Position numbers and translations under genes: made by a program
The notes under the pieces: model-generated
The model's input: only the letters and a program-made list of their open reading frames with translations
Told to the model about the DNA's origin: nothing
Database searches by the model: none
Part shown: piece after piece, positions 43,857 through 52,701 of the stretch
How the letters are laid out: each line of letters begins with the position of its first letter
How positions within the stretch are numbered: position 1 is the stretch's first letter
Origin: Clostridiales bacterium
GTDB taxonomy: Bacteria > Bacillota > Clostridia > Oscillospirales > Oscillospiraceae
Direction: 5' to 3'
Assembly (NCBI GenBank): GCA_003150355.1
Contig: QAMJ01000017.1
Location: forward strand, 32,251 to 96,250
DNA length: 64,000 nt

Positions 43857-45758
43857 ATGTATACAGACGCTTATTTGGCAAAGTTCGTTCTGCCCGAGGA
43901 CCTTATGCAGACGCTGAAAAACTCCAACTGCCTCTGCTATCCCGAGACCAAGGAGCAGCTCATCGAGATGTGCTACGGCCCCACGCATTCCTCCAAGTTT
44001 GACGTGTGCTACAGCATCGACGGCAAGGGTCTTGTCAAGGAGGCCGAGGTCGTCCGCTGCAAGAACGGCACTGCCGTCAACTTCATGGAGGACTATATGC
44101 GCCGCCGCGACCCCGACTGCATGCGCATCGGCGACGATCTGCCTACTGACAAGCCGCGTTTTGCCGACGTCTACGGCTATAAGTTCTCCAAGCTCCGCAA
44201 GGAGACTATGGATTGGCTCGGCTCCCAGCGCCTTATAATGCTGCCGTTCCACGCAGGCGGAAGGTATTACGGCTATGACAGCCTTATGATCTGCCCGATG
44301 AACGCCGCGTTCTTTGCGCTGTCGCTGGCAAATATGCAGGGCTTTGTCAGCATCAACGATGTTGAGGACGGCTTCACTCCCCGTGCCATCATCTACGTCG
44401 CCCCGCCCTTCCGTCACACCCACTTCAACGGCAAGCAGGTTGTTGTCCATCAGCGCAGCGAGAACCTGCACGAGGTCTTTGCATATAACCTCTATCCCGG
44501 CCCCTCCGCGAAGAAGGGCGTGTTCTCCATGCTTCTCGACATCGGCGAGAACGAAGGCTGGATAACCAACCACGCTTCCGCTGCGAGACTCGAATCTCCT
44601 TACGAGATGGAGACCGTCTTCATGCATGAGGGCGCTTCCGGCGGCGGCAAGAGCGAAATGCTCGAAGAGATCCACCGTGAGGAGGATAACCGCCTGCTCA
44701 TGGGTATCCACACCGTCAGCGGTGAAAAGTATTACCTGTCCCTCGGCGAGACCTGTAAGATCCACCCGATCGCCGACGATATGATCCTTGCCCACAAGGA
44801 TATGCAGAACAACTCCGGCCACCTCGTCATTGCTGACGCGGAGGACGGCTGGTTCCTGCGCATGGACGGCGATAACTACTACGGCAACAGCCCGGAGTAT
44901 GAGCGCATAAGCATCCACCCGTCAGAGCCGCTTGAGTTCTTCAATATGGACGCCGTCCCCGGCGCGACCTGCCTTATCTGGGAGCATGTCCCCGAGTCTG
45001 ACGGCAAGCCCTGCACCAACCCCCGCGTCATTATCCCGCGCAATATGATCGAGAACATCGTCCCCGGCAATGAGCCGCAGGAAGTCAATGTCCGCTCCTT
45101 CGGCGTACGTATGCCGCCGTCCACGGTCATGGCTCCGAACTACGGCGTCATGGGCATGGTGCAGGTAGTCCCGACCTCTATCGCGTGGCTCTGGCGTCTC
45201 ATCGCGCCGCGCGGCTTCAAGAACCCCTCCATCGCCGATGCCAATGCCGGCAGCGGCCTGAAGGCTGAAGGCGTCGGCTCCTACTGGCCGTTCTCCACCG
45301 GCAAGAAGGTCACTCAGGCCAATATGCTGCTCCATCAGATGCTTGCCTGCCCGAACACGCTGAACATCCTCATCCCGAACCAGCACATCGGCGCATATCA
45401 GGTCGGCTTCATGGGCGAATGGATCACCCGTGAGTACCTTGCGCGCCACGGCGGCACCATCAGGATGAAGCACCTTGTCCCGGCCCGCTGCCCGATCTTC
45501 GGCTACTCGCTCGACGAGATGAAGATCGACGGTCAGTATGTCCGTCAGACTTTCCTGCGTCCTGAGCTCCAGTCTAAGCTGGGCTTCGAGGGCTACGACG
45601 CCGGCGCGAAGATCCTGACTGACTTCTTCAAGGAGCAGCTCAAGCAGTTCATGACCGACGACCTTGATCCGCTTGGCCGTCAGATCATTGAGCTTGTGAT
45701 GAACGACGCTCCTCTGGAAGATTACCTCGCCCTGACCCCGCTCACCAACCTGAAATAA
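43857..45758 (+). CDS. uncharacterised 633-aa protein with an HprK/PEPCK-like P-loop (probably the family annotated as DUF4914)
   Basis: Long ORF with native codon usage. Single P-loop HEGASGGGKSEMLEEI, resembling the HprK/P GxSGxGKSE loop. No TM segment or signal peptide. Monocistronic, between a promoter and a terminator. Confidence 0.6.
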   Translation: MYTDAYLAKFVLPEDLMQTLKNSNCLCYPETKEQLIEMCYGPTHSSKFDVCYSIDGKGLVKEAEVVRCKNGTAVNFMEDYMRRRDPDCMRIGDDLPTDKPRFADVYGYKFSKLRKETMDWLGSQRLIMLPFHAGGRYYGYDSLMICPMNAAFFALSLANMQGFVSINDVEDGFTPRAIIYVAPPFRHTHFNGKQVVVHQRSENLHEVFAYNLYPGPSAKKGVFSMLLDIGENEGWITNHASAARLESPYEMETVFMHEGASGGGKSEMLEEIHREEDNRLLMGIHTVSGEKYYLSLGETCKIHPIADDMILAHKDMQNNSGHLVIADAEDGWFLRMDGDNYYGNSPEYERISIHPSEPLEFFNMDAVPGATCLIWEHVPESDGKPCTNPRVIIPRNMIENIVPGNEPQEVNVRSFGVRMPPSTVMAPNYGVMGMVQVVPTSIAWLWRLIAPRGFKNPSIADANAGSGLKAEGVGSYWPFSTGKKVTQANMLLHQMLACPNTLNILIPNQHIGAYQVGFMGEWITREYLARHGGTIRMKHLVPARCPIFGYSLDEMKIDGQYVRQTFLRPELQSKLGFEGYDAGAKILTDFFKEQLKQFMTDDLDPLGRQIIELVMNDAPLEDYLALTPLTNLK

Positions 45759-45776
45759 GCACAAAACGCATATATA

Positions 45777-45817
45777 ACAAAACTCCCGCCGTGCGTAACG
45801 CACGGCGGGAGTTTTGT
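45777..45817. terminator. bidirectional terminator
   Basis: 19-bp perfect stem ACAAAACTCCCGCCGTGCG/CGCACGGCGGGAGTTTTGT. Confidence 0.8.
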
Positions 45818-45834
45818 GCTGTTTTAAAAAGGGT

Positions 45835-47016
45835 TTACCGAATTTCTTCAATGACCTTTTTGAACGCGGGGAGGCTGCGGCGGATCATGTCGGGATCGAC
45901 GCAGGTGCTGACGCGGCAGAAGCCGGGGCAGCCGAAGGTATCGGCCGGGACGATAAGCAGGTTCTCGCGCTTTGCGAGCTCAGAGAAAGCTCTCGAATCC
46001 CCATTGGGGGATTTGACCATCATGTAGAACGCGCCCTGAGGCTTGACGCAGTCATAGCCCATCTCGGTCAGTGCGTTATACAGGAGGCTGCGGTTCTGGT
46101 CATATGCCGCAAGGTCGGGGCGCAGAGCCGCGGCGCGGGCAATGACGAGCTGCATCATGGACGGCGCGCAGACATGGCCGCAGGCGCGGGAAGCGCCGGC
46201 GACGGCGGCGAAGAGCAGGGCGCTGTCGGTGACGGTATCGGGGATGCAGACATAGCCGATGCGCTCGCCCGGCATGGAGAGGGACTTGGAGTAGGAATAG
46301 CACACGACGGTGTCGCGGTATATGCTTGGGATAAAGGGCACTACGGCGTTATCGTACACAAGCTCGCGGTACGGCTCATCGGCGATTATATAGATCGGGT
46401 GGCCAAACTCCGCGCTCCTGCGCTCAAGGAGAGAAGCAAGCTCACGCAGCGTCTCCTCGCTGTAAATGACACCGGAGGGGTTATTCGGGGAGTTGATGAT
46501 GACGGCCTGAGTGTGCGGCGTGAGCGCTTGGTCGAGCGCTTCAACGTTTATCTGGAAGCTCTCGGTATCGGGCGCGACCTCGACAAACTTGCCGCCGTTG
46601 CAGGAGACGAACACCTGATATTCCGGGAAATACGGCGCGACGGCGATGAACTCCGCCCCCTGCACCGCGAGCGCGCGTATCACCGCGACGAGCGCGGGAG
46701 CCGCGCCGCAGGTGAAGAAGATATTCTCGGGTCTTATGCTCATGCCGCTGCGCGCACTGAGGTCATCGGCGACGGCGCGGCGCGCTTCCATCGCACCGGC
46801 GGCGGGGGTATAGCCATGCAGGGCGAGGCTGTCGCCCTCCAAAAGCTCGCGGATGATATCCGCGATGGCCGCAGGCGCGGGCACGGAGGGATTGCCTATA
46901 GAATAGTCATACACGTTCTCTTTGCCGACGACCGCCGCCTGACGGATGCCGTATTCAAAAAGCTCGCGTATCTCTGACTTCTTTGTTCCAAGCTGAATGA
47001 AGCTTTCGGAGATCAT
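45835..47016 (-). CDS. class I/II pyridoxal-phosphate-dependent aminotransferase
   Basis: YDYSIGNPSVP, NSPNNPSG and YSYSKSLSMPGERIGY (PLP lysine). The start overlaps the buk stop. Confidence 0.85.
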   Translation of the reverse strand: MISESFIQLGTKKSEIRELFEYGIRQAAVVGKENVYDYSIGNPSVPAPAAIADIIRELLEGDSLALHGYTPAAGAMEARRAVADDLSARSGMSIRPENIFFTCGAAPALVAVIRALAVQGAEFIAVAPYFPEYQVFVSCNGGKFVEVAPDTESFQINVEALDQALTPHTQAVIINSPNNPSGVIYSEETLRELASLLERRSAEFGHPIYIIADEPYRELVYDNAVVPFIPSIYRDTVVCYSYSKSLSMPGERIGYVCIPDTVTDSALLFAAVAGASRACGHVCAPSMMQLVIARAAALRPDLAAYDQNRSLLYNALTEMGYDCVKPQGAFYMMVKSPNGDSRAFSELAKRENLLIVPADTFGCPGFCRVSTCVDPDMIRRSLPAFKKVIEEIR

Positions 47017-48101
47017 TTGTTCTTCCCCTTTCCATCACTTGCGTGATACACATTGGGCTGCTCCTCGCCGGTCAGCATACGCACGCCGCCGAGAGCCAGC
47101 GCCTCCATTTCCGTTTCACCGGCGAGCACGCACACCGGCGCGATGAAGCCGACATAGTCCTTTATCTTGCCCGTCAGAAGCTCCGAGTAAGCGAGGCCGC
47201 CGGTGAGGATGATCGCGTCGCAGTCGCCTTTGAGGACGATGGAGAGCAGCCCTATCGTTTTTGCGATCTGGTATGCCTGCGCGTCGAGGATGAGGGCGGC
47301 GTGTTCGTCGCCGTCCTTTATCATCTGCTCGATAACACGGCAATCGCTCACGCCGAGGTGGGCGTACATGCCGCCGCGGCCGCGTATCTTGCGGCGCATC
47401 TCCTCGTAGGTGTACTTGCCGGAGTAGCACAGCTTTATCATCGAGAGCGCCGGGGCGCAGCCCGCGCGCTCGGGCGAGAACTGGCCGTCGTCATCGCCGA
47501 CGGAGTCGACGATCTCGCCGTGCCGGTGGACGCTTGCGGACACGCCGCCGCCCATATGGACGACGATGAGGTTCATGTCCCTGTAGTTTCTGCCCTGCTG
47601 CTTTGCGTAGCGGATGGCCATGGCGCGGCTGTTGAGCACGTGGCAGAAGCTCTGCCGCTCGATCTCCGCGTAGCCGGTGATCTTGGCAATGTCGGTGAGC
47701 TCGCCCGAGGTCACGGCGTCATAGATATATGCCGGGATACCCAAGGGCTGGGCAAGCTCGCGCGCGAGCAGTCCGCCGAGGTTCGAGGCATGCGGCTGAC
47801 TCAGCTCGTCATCGACAAGGGCGCGGCACAGCTCATCGTCAACGATATAGCCGCCCGTCCTGAGGCCGAACACCAGCCCGCCGCGGCCTATGACGGCGGC
47901 AAGCTCCTTTTGGTCAATGCCGTTTCGCTCCATGAATGAGCGGATGACAGACAAGCGCATGGGGACCTGTTCGGCAATGGTATGGTACTGCTGAAGCTCG
48001 GCGGCGTCATGGTCAAGGCTCTCCTGCACGAGCTTTTCAGCGCCGTCATAAAGGGCAAGCTTCGTGCTCGTGGAGCCGGGGTTTATGATAAGCAGCTTCA
48101 T
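47013..48101 (-). CDS. buk: butyrate kinase
   Basis: MKLLIINPGSTSTKLALYD, HLGGGVS-like VHMGGGVSA, 362 aa. Overlaps the ptb stop. Confidence 0.9.
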   Translation of the reverse strand: MKLLIINPGSTSTKLALYDGAEKLVQESLDHDAAELQQYHTIAEQVPMRLSVIRSFMERNGIDQKELAAVIGRGGLVFGLRTGGYIVDDELCRALVDDELSQPHASNLGGLLARELAQPLGIPAYIYDAVTSGELTDIAKITGYAEIERQSFCHVLNSRAMAIRYAKQQGRNYRDMNLIVVHMGGGVSASVHRHGEIVDSVGDDDGQFSPERAGCAPALSMIKLCYSGKYTYEEMRRKIRGRGGMYAHLGVSDCRVIEQMIKDGDEHAALILDAQAYQIAKTIGLLSIVLKGDCDAIILTGGLAYSELLTGKIKDYVGFIAPVCVLAGETEMEALALGGVRMLTGEEQPNVYHASDGKGKNK

Positions 48102-49015
48102 GCTTTTGCTCCCTTTCCGCCGCTCATGAGCGCGCAGACCAGCAGGGAATTGTACTTCTCTTCAAAGCTTGCGCTTCTGGAATTGAGGGCGATAGGGCAC
48201 TTCGCGCCGATGACGACGCCCGCCATCTTTGCACCCGCAAACTCAATGAGTGCCTTGACCATGATGTTTCCCGCGGACATGCTCGGGACGACGAGGATAT
48301 CCGTCCTTCCCGTGACGGGGCTTTCATAGCCCTTGATCTTTGCCGACTCCGCGTCGAGCGCGAGGTCGAGCGATATCGGCCCCTCGAGAATGCAGCGGCC
48401 AAATTCGCCGTCCAGTGCCGCCTGCTTGAGCGCTGCCGCGTCGACGGTCTCAATGATCTTGGGGCTGACGTTCTCTGCCGCGCAGAGCGCGGAGAGCAGC
48501 GGCTCCTCATAGCCGAGGGCGTGGAACATCTCGACGGCATTCCTGACGATGGCCTTTTTGCCCTCGAGGTCGGGGTTCGGCATCATGCCGCCGTCTGTCA
48601 CGCCGAGGAGCTTGGCATAGCCGGGCACCTCAAGCAGCGCGACATGGGACATTGGCCGCCCGATGCCGATACCGGTCTGCTTGTTCACGACGGCCTTGAG
48701 GATGGTCGCGGTCTGCATCAGCCCTTTTTGCAGGAAGTCTGCCTTGCCGTCGCGGATGAGCTCGACGGCGATGTGCGCTGCGTCCTCGTCCGTGTCGGCA
48801 TTTATGACGGTCGCGGGGTCAATCTCGCAGCCGAGGGTGCGGCCGGCGGAAAGGATCTCGTCAGCATGGCCGATAAGAATATAGCGGAGGATACCCTCCT
48901 GCGCGGCGCGGAGCACCGCTTCGAGAGTATGCCCGTCATGCGCGCAGGCGACGGCGACGGTCTTGGGTTCCGCGCTGCCGACGCATTTGCGCAGGTCTTC
49001 AAAATTGTGGAGCAT
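48098..49015 (-). CDS. ptb: phosphate butyryltransferase (phosphate acyltransferase)
   Basis: 305 aa Pta/Ptb-family protein, immediately upstream of buk. Confidence 0.85.
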   Translation of the reverse strand: MLHNFEDLRKCVGSAEPKTVAVACAHDGHTLEAVLRAAQEGILRYILIGHADEILSAGRTLGCEIDPATVINADTDEDAAHIAVELIRDGKADFLQKGLMQTATILKAVVNKQTGIGIGRPMSHVALLEVPGYAKLLGVTDGGMMPNPDLEGKKAIVRNAVEMFHALGYEEPLLSALCAAENVSPKIIETVDAAALKQAALDGEFGRCILEGPISLDLALDAESAKIKGYESPVTGRTDILVVPSMSAGNIMVKALIEFAGAKMAGVVIGAKCPIALNSRSASFEEKYNSLLVCALMSGGKGAKA

Positions 49016-49037
49016 AGTCGTTCTCCGTTTCTGTGTA

Positions 49038-49619
49038 TTATTTGCCGGCAGCCTCGTGACCTGCGCGGAAAGCGCGCAGGTTCAGCTCCCGGAACTTCTC
49101 CGGTACGGTCTCGGCGATGACGCTCTCCCAGTCGATATCGTCCATGCTGAGCGCCTTTGCCATGCTGCCGAAGAGCACGATGTTCATGCACTTGGCGCTG
49201 CCGAGGCTCTCTGCGATCTCGGCGGCGTTGAGGACATAGCAGCGGAAGTGCTGCTGCATGGCCTCAAGGCAGCCATCGGGGTATTCGCACAGCCCGGCGG
49301 CGATGCTGGAGGAAGCGATCTCATAGTCGTTTATGACGGCGATGCCGTCAGGCTTGAGGAAGTCGGCATAGCGCACGGCTTCCATTTTCTCAAATGCGAC
49401 GATGATATCCGCCGCGCCCTTGCCGATGACGGGAGAATTGACCTTTTCGCCCCAATGCACCTGCGTGGAGACGCTGCCGCCACGCTGGCTCATGCCGTGG
49501 ACTTCGGACATCTTGACATCGTACCCGGCCTTCATCAGGCCGTTTACGAGAACCTTCGCGGTGAGGATAGCGCCCTGACCGCCTACGCCTACCAAAAGAG
49601 CACTCTTAGTGTTTTTCAT
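49038..49619 (-). CDS. iorB: indolepyruvate:ferredoxin oxidoreductase, beta subunit
   Basis: 193 aa. LLVGVGGQGAILTAKVL N-terminus. Follows iorA by 3 nt. Confidence 0.85.
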   Translation of the reverse strand: MKNTKSALLVGVGGQGAILTAKVLVNGLMKAGYDVKMSEVHGMSQRGGSVSTQVHWGEKVNSPVIGKGAADIIVAFEKMEAVRYADFLKPDGIAVINDYEIASSSIAAGLCEYPDGCLEAMQQHFRCYVLNAAEIAESLGSAKCMNIVLFGSMAKALSMDDIDWESVIAETVPEKFRELNLRAFRAGHEAAGK

Positions 49620-49622
49620 GGC

Positions 49623-51374
49623 TCAGTTCTCCTTTCTCGAAATGGCGCCGCGCGGGCACACCTGCGCGCACACCGTGCAGCCGACGCACTGGATGGGGTC
49701 GATGCCGGCCTTCTTATCGCGCACGGTTATTGCCGGGCATGCGACCTTGAGGCACATTTTGCAGCCGATGCACTTATCGGTATCGACAGAGCACAGGCCG
49801 ATATCGTGCTTGATGCGCTTGATGAGCAGGCAGGGGCGGCGCGTGATTATAGCTGCGGGGACCTCGGAGGCGAGGGCGTCCTGCACTGCATTTTCCATCG
49901 CCGTGAGATCCTGCGGGTCGACGATGATTATGTTCTTATAGCCGTAGGCCGCGAGGATATCCTCGATCTTGAGCTTCTCGGCGATATCGCCCTGGAGCGT
50001 TCTGCCGCTGCCGGGGTTATCCTGATGGCCGGTCATGCCGGTGATGGAGTTATCAAGCACGACGGGGATGATGCTGCCCTTGTTGTAGATTATTTCCGCC
50101 GCGCCGGTCATGCCGCTGTGGAAGAATGTGGAGTCGCCAAGGACGCCGAAGATCTTCTTGTGCTGGCCGGTGACGTCAAAGGCCTTAGACATGCCCATGC
50201 CGACGCTGAAGCCCGCGCCCATGCACACGACGCTGTCGAGCGCGTTGAGGGGAGCCGAGCCGCCGAGGGTATAGCAGCCGATATCGCCCGCGACGACGAA
50301 GTCCTTGTGCTTTGCCATCGTATAGAAGAAGCCGCGGTGCGGGCAGCCGGGGCAGAGAGCGGGCGGACGGGACACGGCGGCGACGCCGACGTCCACGGTC
50401 TGCGGCTTCTCGCCGAAGATGCGCTCGCGCAGGAGCTGGGGATTGAGCTCATAGAGCTTGCCGGTCATGGCCTTGCCCTCGCAGGGGATGCCTGCAGCGA
50501 GGATCTGGGACTCCATGAAGCCGTCGAGCTCTTCGATGACATAGAGCTTATCGACCTTGGAGGCAAAGTCACGGATAAGCTCGATAGGCAGCGGGTTTGT
50601 CAGCCCGAGCTTGAGGAAGGAGGTGTCCTCGGGGAAAGCGTCCTTTGCGTACTGATACGCGATGGACGCGGTGACGACGCCGACCTTTCCGCCGTTTATC
50701 TCCATGCGGTTGAGAGGAGAAGCGCAGGCATATTCTTCAAGCGCCTGCATATTCTTTTCGAGCTTGGGGTGATTCATCATCGCGTTTGCCGGGGCGGCGA
50801 TGTTTTTGCGCGGGTTACGCACATACTGAGGCACCGGGCGCTCCTCGCGTGTGCCGAAGGAGACAAGGCTCTTGGAGTGCGCGACTCTGGTCGTCGTGCG
50901 CAGCAGCACGGGCACATCGAACTTTTCGGATATCTCATAGGCCGTGCGCATGAAGTCAAGGCACTCCTGAGAATCCGAGGGCTCGATCATGGCAAGGCGC
51001 GCTGCGCGCGCATAGTGCCGGCTGTCCTGCTCATTCTGGGAGGAGTGCATGCTCGGGTCGTCCGCGACGACGATAACGAAGCCGCCGCCCACGCCGTTGT
51101 AAGCTGCGGTGAACACCGGGTCGGCCGCGACGTTCAGGCCGACGTGCTTCATCGCGCACAGGCTGCGCACACCGGCAAGGCTTGCCCCATATGCCACCTC
51201 GGACGCGACCTTCTCGTTCGGCGCCCATTCGCAGTACAGATCGTCCTTGTACTGCGGGAGCGACTCGAAGATCTCGGTGCTGGGCGTGCCGGGATATGCC
51301 GAGCACACCTTTACACCGGCTTCATACGCGCCGCGCGCAAGGGCTTCATTGCCTGAAAACAGAATTTTTTCCAA
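49623..51374 (-). CDS. iorA: indolepyruvate:ferredoxin oxidoreductase, alpha subunit
   Basis: 583 aa. TPP-binding region GDIGCY...GDSTFFHSG. C-terminal double 4Fe-4S motifs CIGCKMCLKVACP and CVGCTVCAQVCP. Confidence 0.9.
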   Translation of the reverse strand: MEKILFSGNEALARGAYEAGVKVCSAYPGTPSTEIFESLPQYKDDLYCEWAPNEKVASEVAYGASLAGVRSLCAMKHVGLNVAADPVFTAAYNGVGGGFVIVVADDPSMHSSQNEQDSRHYARAARLAMIEPSDSQECLDFMRTAYEISEKFDVPVLLRTTTRVAHSKSLVSFGTREERPVPQYVRNPRKNIAAPANAMMNHPKLEKNMQALEEYACASPLNRMEINGGKVGVVTASIAYQYAKDAFPEDTSFLKLGLTNPLPIELIRDFASKVDKLYVIEELDGFMESQILAAGIPCEGKAMTGKLYELNPQLLRERIFGEKPQTVDVGVAAVSRPPALCPGCPHRGFFYTMAKHKDFVVAGDIGCYTLGGSAPLNALDSVVCMGAGFSVGMGMSKAFDVTGQHKKIFGVLGDSTFFHSGMTGAAEIIYNKGSIIPVVLDNSITGMTGHQDNPGSGRTLQGDIAEKLKIEDILAAYGYKNIIIVDPQDLTAMENAVQDALASEVPAAIITRRPCLLIKRIKHDIGLCSVDTDKCIGCKMCLKVACPAITVRDKKAGIDPIQCVGCTVCAQVCPRGAISRKEN

Positions 51375-51457
51375 TGAAGTTGACCACCTTTCTTATTTAC
51401 ATCTTTACTCATCTCTGCAAGTTTTCACTTTCCGGTAGCTTAATTTTATTCAATTAC

Positions 51458-51486
51458 TTGAAAAATGTAAAACGCAATAATATAAT
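51458..51486 (+). promoter_or_regulatory. near-consensus SigA promoter for the LysR gene
   Basis: TTGAAA (51458-51463), 17-nt spacer, TATAAT (51481-51486). Confidence 0.55.
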
Positions 51487-51517
51487 GAAGTCATAAGCTT
51501 CGCTTATATTAGAGAGG

Positions 51518-52441
51518 GTGATATCTTTGACAATGGCGCAGGTCTTATATGTCCTTGAGATAGCGGACTGCCGGAGCATATCCGCCGCGGCGGCGCGGCT
51601 GTATCTGTCGCAGTCGGCGCTTTCGCAGCAGGTGCAGCGGCTGGAGGCGGAGCTTGGCTACACGCTCTTTTCCCGCACACCGCGCGGCCTTACGCTCACA
51701 CCCTCGGGAGAAAAATTCTGCCGCGAGGCGCGGACAGTGGCGGACACATGGCGCAGCTTCTGCGGTAAGGTGCACCCCGGCGGCCAGAGCCGCAAGCCCC
51801 TGCGCGTCGGGCTTGGCGCACGGGTATACTCGAACAATCTTTTTCAGGACGTTGTGCGCTTCTTTGATGAGCACCCGGATATCGATGTGAACTTCGTCAC
51901 GGAGTCGGGGCGCGATATGCTGGCAGGCCTGCGCGACGGGAGCATTGACTTTGCACTGGACAGGCTCCAGGCCGGGGACGAGACGGGGCAGGATATGTTC
52001 GTGTGCGATCTGGTGCATGAACGGCAGTGTCTCATCATGGCGCAGTCCGATCCGCTCGCGTCACGCGAAAGCGTCGCTTTCCGTGATCTGCACGGGAAAA
52101 CGGTGATCTCCGGCCCCAAGGACTCCGCCGAGGACAGGACCCTTAGCAGTATATGCCGCAAATATTCGGTGGAGCCCGGACGCATATACCGCTCGGACGG
52201 CATCGACACTACCATGCGCCTTGTGCGCGCGGGGAAGGGCTACGCCATCGGACCGGAGTCCTTCGGGGAATACTATCAGGTCACGGCCGTGCCGGTGGAG
52301 CCGGAGCGGATAATCTCGCTGAAATTCATATGCATGCAGCACAGCCTGCGCCGCGAGGAGATACAGCTGTTCCGCAGCTATCTGTGCGGCATATGCCATG
52401 AGCGCGGCAGGGCGTGCGCGCAGTGCAGCAATGAGCCGTAA
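51518..52441 (+). CDS. LysR-family transcriptional regulator
   Basis: HTH AQVLYVLEIADCRSISAAAARLYLSQSALSQQVQRLEAELG. The start is ambiguous: GTG 51518, TTG 51527 or ATG 51533. Confidence 0.85.
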   Translation: MISLTMAQVLYVLEIADCRSISAAAARLYLSQSALSQQVQRLEAELGYTLFSRTPRGLTLTPSGEKFCREARTVADTWRSFCGKVHPGGQSRKPLRVGLGARVYSNNLFQDVVRFFDEHPDIDVNFVTESGRDMLAGLRDGSIDFALDRLQAGDETGQDMFVCDLVHERQCLIMAQSDPLASRESVAFRDLHGKTVISGPKDSAEDRTLSSICRKYSVEPGRIYRSDGIDTTMRLVRAGKGYAIGPESFGEYYQVTAVPVEPERIISLKFICMQHSLRREEIQLFRSYLCGICHERGRACAQCSNEP

Positions 52442-52448
52442 TAAAAAG

Positions 52449-52485
52449 AGACACCGCTCCAATGGGAACGGTGTCTGCTTTTTTG
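52449..52485 (+). terminator. rho-independent terminator after the LysR gene
   Basis: 8-bp stem AGACACCG/CGGTGTCT, followed by GCTTTTTT. Confidence 0.7.
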
Positions 52486-52497
52486 AATCAATGAAAC

Positions 52498-52683
52498 TCA
52501 GACGATCCTTCTGTCGCGGACCTGAGAATCATAGTGCTTATTGAGCAGGGGACGGACGACGTAATAGATGAGCTTGTTTTCGCCGTTGGTCATGTACAGG
52601 CCGAAGGTGACGACGAAGAACACCAAAGCTATAACGACGAGCTTGCCCAGAAGCTTAAAGAGGAACTTAAAGAATTTCTTCAT
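52498..52683 (-). CDS. small (61 aa) single-TM protein, last gene of the dehydratase-like operon
   Basis: MKKFFKFLFKLLGKLVVIALVFFVVTFGLYM... It lies 18 nt downstream of the 535-aa gene on the same strand. Confidence 0.45.
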   Translation of the reverse strand: MKKFFKFLFKLLGKLVVIALVFFVVTFGLYMTNGENKLIYYVVRPLLNKHYDSQVRDRRIV

Positions 52684-52701
52684 AAACGCTTTCCGCCTTT
52701 C

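Noticed and set aside
48963-51356. 797-aa ORF on the plus strand
   Set aside because: It is antisense to iorB/iorA, which have unambiguous TPP and 4Fe-4S motifs. Its composition is the typical GC-rich antisense artefact.
51461-51475. AAAAATGTAAAAC, resembling the TTTACAAATGTAAAC operator motif of the 30-42 kb locus
   Set aside because: Only the AATGTAAA core matches, and it lacks the TTTACA half. It lies in the spacer of an AT-rich promoter of an unrelated LysR gene, so it is probably coincidental.
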